Below, in pieces: positions 28,959-37,235 of a stretch of 64,000 nucleotides of DNA. The stretch's first letter is position 1; the number at the start of each line of letters is the position of its first letter. The notes beneath the pieces are model-generated. The model did no database searches and was not told where the DNA came from. It saw only the letters and a list, made by a program, of their open reading frames with translations. The translations under genes were made by a program, and so were the position numbers. Source of the DNA: a virus. Where the stretch lies: the IMG/VR virus record IMGVR_UViG_3300030451_005783; one strand, 5' to 3'.

Positions 28959-29768
28959 ATGTTATACAATATAGGTATTATAGGTCGCGGCTTTGTTGGA
29001 TCAGCATTAAACAAATATTTGTCTCAAAAGTTTAATACATTGACATACGACATTGCTGATAGCATAGACATGGTAGAAGGATACGATAATGTTGTTAATA
29101 ATAGTGATATTATTTATGTGTGCGTACCTACACCTAGTAGTGAGGATGGATCATGCGATATATCTTATTTAGAAAAAACATTAAGTTTAATTAATGAGGT
29201 CGCTAATGCAAAATGTTTGGTGCTTATAAAATCTACTGTTGTTCCTAACACAACACAAAGACTAAGAAAAAAATATGAGAAATGTAATATTGTATTTAAT
29301 CCGGAGTTTCTAACAGAAAGAACAGCATACGAAGATGTCGCCAACGCCACTAGTCATGTAATAGGTGTCGAGGATGATAAGACAGCAGAATATCTTGTAG
29401 AGTATCATCGTGCTGCTTGGCCTGATCCCAATTGTAAATACTTTGTAACAGAGACATCTATTGCTGAAATGGTCAAATATGCGACCAATACCTTTTTTGG
29501 AATTAAAGTATCTTTTGCTAATGTTTTGTACGACATTTGTAAAAGTCTTAATATAGACTATAATAAAATGTCTCAACATATGCAAGACATAGACCCAAGA
29601 GTAGGAACAGTACACTGGCAAGTTCCTGGGCCAGATGGCTTAAGAGGTTTTGGCGGTAAGTGTCTACCCAAAGAACTGTCAGGTATGATAGATATATGCA
29701 ACAAACATAATGTAAATTGTGATCTACTATCAACAACCAAGGAATACAATAAACAGATCAGAGGATAA
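28959..29768 (+). CDS. UDP-glucose/GDP-mannose dehydrogenase family, short form lacking the C-terminal domain
   Basis: GIIGRGFVG, IKSTV, FNPEFL, GFGGKCLPK. Confidence 0.85.
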   Translation: MLYNIGIIGRGFVGSALNKYLSQKFNTLTYDIADSIDMVEGYDNVVNNSDIIYVCVPTPSSEDGSCDISYLEKTLSLINEVANAKCLVLIKSTVVPNTTQRLRKKYEKCNIVFNPEFLTERTAYEDVANATSHVIGVEDDKTAEYLVEYHRAAWPDPNCKYFVTETSIAEMVKYATNTFFGIKVSFANVLYDICKSLNIDYNKMSQHMQDIDPRVGTVHWQVPGPDGLRGFGGKCLPKELSGMIDICNKHNVNCDLLSTTKEYNKQIRG

Positions 29769-29769
29769 A

Positions 29770-30537
29770 ATGATTGTTTGCGAGATAGGATTAAATCATT
29801 TGGGATCTGAAGAATATTCAGATTATTATTTAGATATACTTCTATCCACACAATGTGACGCTATTACTTATCAGATTAGAGAACCAGACTTTTATAAAAA
29901 GCTTAATAATAGAGATAATTTTAGACCACTTCCTATTGATGCATATAAAAAAATTATTAATAGAATACAAAGCAAAAACAAAAAAGCTGGCATTGCACTA
30001 GCTGATCACACCTTGTTGGATAAATTTAATGAATTAGGTGCGGATTTTTATAAAGTGTTAAGCTGGGATTTATCAAACTACGATTTTATAGACAAAATAT
30101 TGGATTGCCATAAGCCAGTATACATATCAACAGGCATGAGTAATATAGAAGAGATTAAGGACTTATGTAACAGATATCAAAACCATCCGTTTAAAAATCT
30201 AATTACCCTAATACATACGCAACTTAGCTACTATATTTCAGACACCAACCTAAAAGCTATAAATTATTTAAAAAGAATATGCAAAACACCTATAGCATTC
30301 GGAAATCATTGTGAAAATATAAATGTCATATATACATCTGTCGCTATGGAGCCTTCAGATTATTTTATTTACGTTAAAGGCAATACAGCACCTAAACATC
30401 CAGACGAACATCACGCTATAAATATAAATAGTATCTCTAAGGTTGTAGACAACATATTATGTATGAATACAGCTCTAGGTACTGAAATTAAACTTAAGAT
30501 GACCAACAAAATAGATGAGGAGAATCTTACAATATGA
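29770..30537 (+). CDS. Second, divergent NeuB-like protein
   Basis: GAGGA then ATG 29770; EIGLNHLG, ISTGMS, FGNH; KFQ becomes TYQ and the IExH His is missing. Confidence 0.7.
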   Translation: MIVCEIGLNHLGSEEYSDYYLDILLSTQCDAITYQIREPDFYKKLNNRDNFRPLPIDAYKKIINRIQSKNKKAGIALADHTLLDKFNELGADFYKVLSWDLSNYDFIDKILDCHKPVYISTGMSNIEEIKDLCNRYQNHPFKNLITLIHTQLSYYISDTNLKAINYLKRICKTPIAFGNHCENINVIYTSVAMEPSDYFIYVKGNTAPKHPDEHHAININSISKVVDNILCMNTALGTEIKLKMTNKIDEENLTI

Positions 30538-31178
30538 AATCTATTATTTTAGCTGGATCTCGGGGCATAGGTAAAGGTATAGCAGATCAACTTAGCTCTA
30601 TTAGTTCTGAAATAGTAATTACTTCATCTAAATCTTTGGATACTTCTAATATAGAAAATGTACAAGACTTTGTTAAAGAGCATAAAGAAACCGATGTGTT
30701 GGTTTTAAATACAGCAGGCCCACCAGCTAAGAACTTTTATGATATTACAGAAAATGAATGGCTCCAATATTACTATCAATTGTTCTATAGTTTTGTTTAT
30801 ATCTTGCAAAATTTAAAAATAAACAACAACGGATATATTTTTCTTATATCTTCTTTTAATATTAAAGAACCAGACCCAAAACTTATTCTGTCTAATTCTT
30901 ATCGAATAGCTTTTACAAGCATTCTTAAATCGTTAACCAAACAATATGCACAAAATAATATTAGTTGTATTAATATTGCTCCTGGACCTATAGATACAGA
31001 TAGGCTAAGAGGACTTGTGGATGATGTTGAAGCTTTAGGCAAAACCCTTCCAATGAAAAGAGTTGGTCATGTTGATGAAATTGGTCTTTTCGTTAAATCT
31101 ATTATAGATAATAATATTAAATATTTAACTGGAGTAACTATTAATTTTGATGGCGGACACTCTAACTATGTGTTATAA
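30534..31178 (+). CDS. SDR oxidoreductase (atypical; SNSYR at the YxxxK site)
   Basis: LAGSRGIG, NTAGPP, IAPGPIDTDR, FDGG. Confidence 0.75.
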   Translation: MKSIILAGSRGIGKGIADQLSSISSEIVITSSKSLDTSNIENVQDFVKEHKETDVLVLNTAGPPAKNFYDITENEWLQYYYQLFYSFVYILQNLKINNNGYIFLISSFNIKEPDPKLILSNSYRIAFTSILKSLTKQYAQNNISCINIAPGPIDTDRLRGLVDDVEALGKTLPMKRVGHVDEIGLFVKSIIDNNIKYLTGVTINFDGGHSNYVL

Positions 31179-31184
31179 TAAATT

Positions 31185-31481
31185 ATGATCATATATGTAG
31201 ATATAGACGAAACTATTTGTGCAACTCCTGATGACAGAGATTACAACAAATCCAAACCTCTGTATGATAGAATAGCAAAAATCAATGATTTGTACAACAA
31301 AGGACACACTATAATATATTGGACTGCTCGTGGCACTACCACAGGTATAGATTGGCGTAAGTTAACAGAACAACAATTAAACAAGTGGCTTGTTAAATAC
31401 CATGAATTACATCTTGGTAAACCTGTATACGATTTATTTATAGACGATAAGAATATTAACAGTGAAAGGTTTTTTCAATGA
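31185..31481 (+). CDS. Small HAD-family phosphatase (capsule-biosynthesis type)
   Basis: VDIDETI, YWTARG, GKP, FIDDK. Confidence 0.8.
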   Translation: MIIYVDIDETICATPDDRDYNKSKPLYDRIAKINDLYNKGHTIIYWTARGTTTGIDWRKLTEQQLNKWLVKYHELHLGKPVYDLFIDDKNINSERFFQ

Positions 31482-32467
31482 AAACAGCATTAGTATGTGG
31501 AGCAGGTGGTTTTATAGGATCACACCTTGTTAAAAGATTAAAGGCAGATGGTTACTGGGTTAGGGGTGCTGATGTAAAATTTCCGGAATTTTCTAAAACA
31601 GAAGCAGACGACTTTCTAATCGGTGACTTATGTAATTTTAGAAATGCTGAACATGCAATGACTGTAGGCAACAATCAAGCTTTTGATGAGGTATATCAAT
31701 TGGCAGCAGACATGGGTGGTGCCGGATATATTTTTACTGGAGAAAATGATGCAAGTATTATGCACAATTCTGCACAGATCAATCTTAATATAGGATCTAT
31801 CGCCGTTGGTAAAAAGGTGGGTAAATTATTTTATAGTAGCAGCGCTTGCATGTATCCTGCATACAATCAAGAAGATCCTGATAATCCAAAATGTAGCGAG
31901 GATTCCGCATATCCAGCCGCACCAGACAGTGAATATGGATGGGAAAAATTATTTAGTGAAAGATTTTATTTAGCCTTGCAAAGAAATCATGGATTAGACG
32001 TAAGTATTGCTAGGTATCATAATATATTTGGTCCAGAAGGCACTTGGGATGGAGGCAGAGAGAAAGCTCCCGCTGCACTGTGTAGAAAAGTCATTAGAGC
32101 AGAAGAAGGTGGGATTATTGATATTTGGGGAACAGGTAAGCAAACCCGATCTTTTCTTTATATTGATGAATGTGTAGAAGGCACTCTGCGATTGATGAGA
32201 TCAGATTTCTCTGGCCCTGTCAACATTGGTAGTGAGGAAATGGTTAGTATTAATGAATTTGCAGAAATGATTATAGAAATTTCTGGCAAAGATGTTAAAT
32301 ATCAAAATGTAGACGGGCCGATGGGTGTTAACGGTCGAAACTCAGATAACAAGTTGTTACAGGAAAACTTGGGCTGGCAACCATCCATGACACTTATGAA
32401 TGGACTATATAAAACATATAAGTGGATTGAAGAACAAAATGCCAAATCATCAGAAAATACTAAATGA
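31478..32467 (+). CDS. GDP-mannose 3,5-epimerase (GME)-like
   Basis: CGAGGFIGSH, QLAADMGG, SSSACMYP, YGWEK, REKAPAALCRK, MGVNGRNSDN. Confidence 0.85.
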   Translation: MKTALVCGAGGFIGSHLVKRLKADGYWVRGADVKFPEFSKTEADDFLIGDLCNFRNAEHAMTVGNNQAFDEVYQLAADMGGAGYIFTGENDASIMHNSAQINLNIGSIAVGKKVGKLFYSSSACMYPAYNQEDPDNPKCSEDSAYPAAPDSEYGWEKLFSERFYLALQRNHGLDVSIARYHNIFGPEGTWDGGREKAPAALCRKVIRAEEGGIIDIWGTGKQTRSFLYIDECVEGTLRLMRSDFSGPVNIGSEEMVSINEFAEMIIEISGKDVKYQNVDGPMGVNGRNSDNKLLQENLGWQPSMTLMNGLYKTYKWIEEQNAKSSENTK

Positions 32468-33620
32468 TTTTTTAGAAACAGGCGATCCACACCCGTTTGC
32501 TAAATATTTTTTAGAGTATGATTATTGTAATAAAAAAACAAAGCTAGATAAATGGGTTGTTAAATCTATACTAGTGGTTTGTCAAAAAGCCAAGTTAGAT
32601 ATACTGTATAATTTTATATTACAATTATATAAAAATGATTATAATCTTTCTGATTTTGAACTATCTGATATATATCCTATAGATACGAAATATCTCAAGT
32701 CTGTCACCAATTGTTATACAAAAAAATTTAGTGGTGGTATAGGTGATTTTTTAAGAGGCTCTATTCATTTGTATGAAACGCTGGGTGTTCCTGTAAGCCT
32801 TGATTTTAAACAGCACCCTATCGGTAGGTTTATTTTAACAACATGTCCCAAATCGCCTAAATACGCCATAGATTTAGAAAGCAAGGCTGAAGAAAATAGA
32901 GCAACAGCCAATTGGTCATTGCACATGAAAAAAACTTTGAATCAAATTATAAGCACTTGCACACAACCATCTATATCTTCTTTTTACCACGATGTTTTGA
33001 TTGTTCCTTACTATGAAAATAACGCCAAATGTTTTTTACAAGATTACCAATTAAGCAATAAATGTAGAGAATATTTTAAAGAACATATATATTTCCATAA
33101 AAGCATAGAACAATTATATAACAATCTTAATATATCAGATTATCATGTGTTACATTTCCGTCTTGGCGATAGACAAAGTGTAACTAATTTAGATCAAGAA
33201 ATATCTAAGCTGCCAGATTTTATTAAACAAAATAAAAACTATGACAAACACGAACACGACTACGATCACTATTATAGTATGGCAACTAAATATCTAAAAG
33301 AACACAAGTGTAAAAATCTTATTATTATGTCAGACTGCAATGATCTAAAATCATACATAACTAAGATTAACAAAAACCCCAATATACATATTGTACATCA
33401 TAAAAGCACCCACACATCTTATGCACCATCAACACTCACACTAACAGATTTTGAAAATACAGACATAGAAGACGAAAAGCTAATGTATACAGCATTAGAT
33501 GTAAAGATTCTTTCCCAAAGCAAAAATAATACGTCTTACAGTGTTTATAATTGGGGGTCTGGTTTTGTCTACTGGATTAGTAAAATTTTTGATGTGCCTT
33601 GTAGGATTAATACATTATGA
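32439..33620 (+). CDS. NodZ/GT23-like fucosyltransferase-fold protein
   Basis: GGIGDFL, HFRLGD, IMSD, ALDVKILSQS...SGF; ATG 32439 preferred. Confidence 0.6.
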   Translation: MPNHQKILNDFLETGDPHPFAKYFLEYDYCNKKTKLDKWVVKSILVVCQKAKLDILYNFILQLYKNDYNLSDFELSDIYPIDTKYLKSVTNCYTKKFSGGIGDFLRGSIHLYETLGVPVSLDFKQHPIGRFILTTCPKSPKYAIDLESKAEENRATANWSLHMKKTLNQIISTCTQPSISSFYHDVLIVPYYENNAKCFLQDYQLSNKCREYFKEHIYFHKSIEQLYNNLNISDYHVLHFRLGDRQSVTNLDQEISKLPDFIKQNKNYDKHEHDYDHYYSMATKYLKEHKCKNLIIMSDCNDLKSYITKINKNPNIHIVHHKSTHTSYAPSTLTLTDFENTDIEDEKLMYTALDVKILSQSKNNTSYSVYNWGSGFVYWISKIFDVPCRINTL

Positions 33621-35284
33621 GTGATATATCTATAGAAGAATTTTATGAAAAAAATAATGTTCATGAAGACTTTGATGAGGTTTTTTATAGTCAAAGATAT
33701 GCTGAATTGAAAGATTTTTATCAGCCTCATTGTAGAGAAAATTTTATTAGTGAAAAAAAACGTTTGTATTTTCACTTTATGACATACGGTAAACAAATGG
33801 GTTGGCTGGCGCATGAGATAAATCCTATTAAAAAATATGAGCAATTCGATAAAGATATTTTAAATGAACCTATATCTGTGGTTGTAAGCTGTCAAGACAG
33901 GGCAGATATGCTTAACATAAGTGTAAGATCATGGTTATTGCACGAGCAAATAAAACAAATTATTATCATCGATTGGTCGTCTGTAAAACCAATTAAATAT
34001 TTTGAAAATATAGATCCAAGAATTAAAGTAATCCGAGTAGACGGACAGCTTCATTATAATGCAAGCAAACCTATCAATCTGGCCATTAAAGAAGCCACGC
34101 ATGAGAAAATTCTAAAAATGGATGTGGACTATATACTAAATCCATATTTACCTCTAGCTAGTTTAATTGATATCAAGGATAATGAATTTGTTGCAGGTGA
34201 TTGGAGACAAAAACATCTAGATAATAATTTAGGATTTATAGAAAATCTTAATGGAATTTTATGTTGTCATAAGTCTTTATTATTAAAAGCTGGATTATAC
34301 AATGAGGATATAGACAACTATGGTAGAGAAGACTGTGAAATGTTCGAACGTCTTGAAAAAACTGGTGGAGTTAGAAAGCATATAGAGTTTGTTAAAAATC
34401 ACGTTCCAGTATATCATAATCCACATAGTAATCAAGTTAGAAGTATCAATAGAAAAGACCCTGACACACCTAGCACACTAGATTATTTTTCTAAAAAATT
34501 TGGAACAAAGAATTTTGAGTTAGTAATTAATCTTTATAGAGACAATTACGAACCAAGAAGAAACGAAATCTTGGAATGTCTCAAACTAAATTGTGATAAC
34601 AAGTATATAGATCATATTCATGTTTTTTTAGAAGACTATAAAGATTTTCCAGAATTTGAAAATATATCAAAACAATATGCTGATAAAATTATAGTTATCA
34701 ATACAGATAGCAGGATGTCTTTTAAAGAAATATTTAGCTATATAAACACCAAAGTATTAAATAAACAATGTATAGTAGCAAACAACGACATATCATTTAA
34801 TGATGATCTTGCTAAAATTAGAAATTTAGGACCTCGTGATTTTTTTGCTATCACTAGACATGAGGGTGATAAAATAGCCCAAAACAAAAATAAAGAAGCT
34901 ATATGTTCTCACGACGCTTGGATTTTTTGCAGTCCAATGATTAGTGATTTTGAAAAATTAGAAAAAGATATCATTGTAGGTACATATTATTCTGATACGG
35001 TACTTACTTATTTGTTATATAAATCAAAGGAATATGATTGTTGGAATCCATGTTATAGTATAAAAATACAACACATGCACAATACGACACCACACGATTC
35101 TAAAATCAGAACAAAAGATAAAATAGAGTCTGACAAATTAACGTACTACTATTGCAATAAATTTCAAGATGATGAATTTGTAAGATTGATTTGTCCTACA
35201 GACATAGAAGATTATTATCTTAAAAAGAATTGTAATAGATTTATTAGCTGGCACGAATTCGAATTAAATAATTATAAATACTAA
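33617..35284 (+). CDS. Multidomain glycosyltransferase (FDxxxY module, GT2/GT7C domain, second GT-A-like domain)
   Basis: FDEVFY...HFMTYG; KMDVD; GLYNEDIDNYGRED; IVANNDI; SHDAWIF. Confidence 0.7.
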   Translation: MSDISIEEFYEKNNVHEDFDEVFYSQRYAELKDFYQPHCRENFISEKKRLYFHFMTYGKQMGWLAHEINPIKKYEQFDKDILNEPISVVVSCQDRADMLNISVRSWLLHEQIKQIIIIDWSSVKPIKYFENIDPRIKVIRVDGQLHYNASKPINLAIKEATHEKILKMDVDYILNPYLPLASLIDIKDNEFVAGDWRQKHLDNNLGFIENLNGILCCHKSLLLKAGLYNEDIDNYGREDCEMFERLEKTGGVRKHIEFVKNHVPVYHNPHSNQVRSINRKDPDTPSTLDYFSKKFGTKNFELVINLYRDNYEPRRNEILECLKLNCDNKYIDHIHVFLEDYKDFPEFENISKQYADKIIVINTDSRMSFKEIFSYINTKVLNKQCIVANNDISFNDDLAKIRNLGPRDFFAITRHEGDKIAQNKNKEAICSHDAWIFCSPMISDFEKLEKDIIVGTYYSDTVLTYLLYKSKEYDCWNPCYSIKIQHMHNTTPHDSKIRTKDKIESDKLTYYYCNKFQDDEFVRLICPTDIEDYYLKKNCNRFISWHEFELNNYKY

Positions 35285-35953
35285 ATGCTTATATCAAACA
35301 GCTGTAAATTTATATATGTAAAAGCAGGCAAAGTCGCAGGTACTTCAGTAGAAGTATTATTTGAGCCATTTTGCCAAGGCGATAATGATTTTATAGGCTG
35401 GAGAGGAAAATGTCTACCAGATAGTCATTCTGAGTCGTATAGTCATACTGTAGCAAAAAAAATCAATAAACTATTGCAACAACACCAACATAGTTGGAAT
35501 GATTATTATACTTTCGGTTGTATTAGAAATCCTTGGGACAGAATGGTTTCTTTATATTTCTTTCTTAAGCAACAGGCTAAAACATTTCATGAAATTACAG
35601 ACGAGCAAAAACAATATAAATCATACAAAACACTTTTGCGTCGTCACGAATTATCCTTTTTGCCTTTCGATAAATTTGTTGAAGTAACCCCATATCCTGT
35701 GCCACTTTGTAAAGTTTACGATATTGAAAATTTGAAATACGATTATTTTATTAGATTTGAAAATTTAAAAACAGACATTATAAAAGTATGTAATGATTTA
35801 AGTTTATCTTGCGAAATATCACAACTAAAGCATATTAATAAAAATAGTCAAAGAAAACATTACACAGAATATTTTGATAATAGAACAAAAGCTATTATTG
35901 CAGAAAAATACGAAAAAGACATAAAATATTTTCAATATAAATATGGCGATTAA
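35285..35953 (+). CDS. Sulfotransferase (Sulfotransfer_2 / CHST-like)
   Basis: 5'-PSB-like KAGKVAGTS; 3'-PB IRNPWDRMVSLY; YDYFIRFENL. Confidence 0.8.
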   Translation: MLISNSCKFIYVKAGKVAGTSVEVLFEPFCQGDNDFIGWRGKCLPDSHSESYSHTVAKKINKLLQQHQHSWNDYYTFGCIRNPWDRMVSLYFFLKQQAKTFHEITDEQKQYKSYKTLLRRHELSFLPFDKFVEVTPYPVPLCKVYDIENLKYDYFIRFENLKTDIIKVCNDLSLSCEISQLKHINKNSQRKHYTEYFDNRTKAIIAEKYEKDIKYFQYKYGD

Positions 35954-36646
35954 ATGATTATATCTCATAGAAAAAAATATATATTTATACATTTTGAAAA
36001 AACTGGCGGGACCGCTATTGTTCACCATTTTAGAAAACATAAAGAGTTTTGTGTTGATACAATAGGTCATTGGGGACCCACTGTTTGTATAAATATTTGG
36101 AATGACCACAAACACATAATGAGCGGAGCATTGCCCCAACATTCAGAACCCATTACTGTCAAAGCATATTTTGATCTTATGGGATGGAATTGGGATGAAT
36201 ATTATAAGTTTGTTTTTATTCGTAACCCTTGGGATAGAATTGTTTCTTCGTATGAATGGAGACGTAGTGTAGCAAATACCCCTGAATGCAATTTATATGA
36301 ATCACCCCACCTAAAACATTTAGAAGAACAGGCAAACGTACCTTTCAATAAATTTGCCATTGATTTTTTTGCTAAACCCTGGCGCATGCAATATGATAGG
36401 TTGTTAATTGATGGTAAACCATTTTTTGATTATGTTGGCAGATTTGAAAATTTTAACAAAGACATTTCAAACATTATCGAAACTATAATTCCTGATGCTT
36501 CAGAAGAATTAAAGACGATTAAGAAAATTAACGACAGTAAAAGAAAAAGGGATTATCGCACATATTACACAGCTGATTTAAAAAAACAATTAGATTCTAT
36601 TGATTGTTTTAGAAATGAATATAAAATATTAAGATATGAATTTTAA
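35954..36646 (+). CDS. Sulfotransferase (Sulfotransfer_2 / CHST-like), second copy
   Basis: FIHFEKTGGT; IRNPWDRIVSSY; DYVGRFEN. Confidence 0.8.
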   Translation: MIISHRKKYIFIHFEKTGGTAIVHHFRKHKEFCVDTIGHWGPTVCINIWNDHKHIMSGALPQHSEPITVKAYFDLMGWNWDEYYKFVFIRNPWDRIVSSYEWRRSVANTPECNLYESPHLKHLEEQANVPFNKFAIDFFAKPWRMQYDRLLIDGKPFFDYVGRFENFNKDISNIIETIIPDASEELKTIKKINDSKRKRDYRTYYTADLKKQLDSIDCFRNEYKILRYEF

Positions 36647-36662
36647 AATTTAAGGAGATAAG

Positions 36663-37130
36663 ATGAGACCAGATTGGACAGATTATTTTTTAGGGTTAGC
36701 TAAGGTTGCATCACAACGTAGTCATGATATTCATACGCAGCATGGTTGTGTTATTACGGATCAACACAATAGAATACTGGGTGTAGGGTACAACGGTTTT
36801 CCTAAAGGTATGGATGACGCCACACTACCAACAACACGCCCAGAAAAATATGATTGGATGATTCATGCTGAACGAAATGCTTTGTCTAATTGTGTTGTTC
36901 GTCCAGACAACGGTATCGCATACGTTACAGGTCAGTGTTGCAATGATTGTATTTTGGCTCTACACCAAGAAGGAATAAAAAAAGTAATAATGTGGGATGG
37001 ACATGGAACAAAATTATTCGACGAAAAAGAACAAAATAAATTTGACCTTTTTGTTAAACAGAGTAAGATGGAAATTATAAAAATAAAACCAAATGTTTCT
37101 TGGTTGCGGAATCTGTCCGGTGTACTATAA
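36663..37130 (+). CDS. dCMP deaminase
   Basis: GVGYNG, HAERNA, CCNDC zinc site; SD AAGGAG. Confidence 0.9.
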   Translation: MRPDWTDYFLGLAKVASQRSHDIHTQHGCVITDQHNRILGVGYNGFPKGMDDATLPTTRPEKYDWMIHAERNALSNCVVRPDNGIAYVTGQCCNDCILALHQEGIKKVIMWDGHGTKLFDEKEQNKFDLFVKQSKMEIIKIKPNVSWLRNLSGVL

Positions 37131-37235
37131 TATTACCATGAGTCAAAAAGTTTTTATCAATTACACAGCTGATGGCATTTATAATATTTCTTCTTATCGC
37201 CATCCTTGTACCCTAAGTTATTCTAAGGAGAAGAT

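Noticed and set aside
37131-37235. Cobalamin riboswitch or NrdR box upstream of the class II RNR
   Set aside because: Only ~100 nt and AT-rich; just a 6-bp inverted repeat (GATGGC 37171 / GCCATC 37199) and a lone TATAAT; no B12-box or clear palindrome seen (an Rfam scan was not run)
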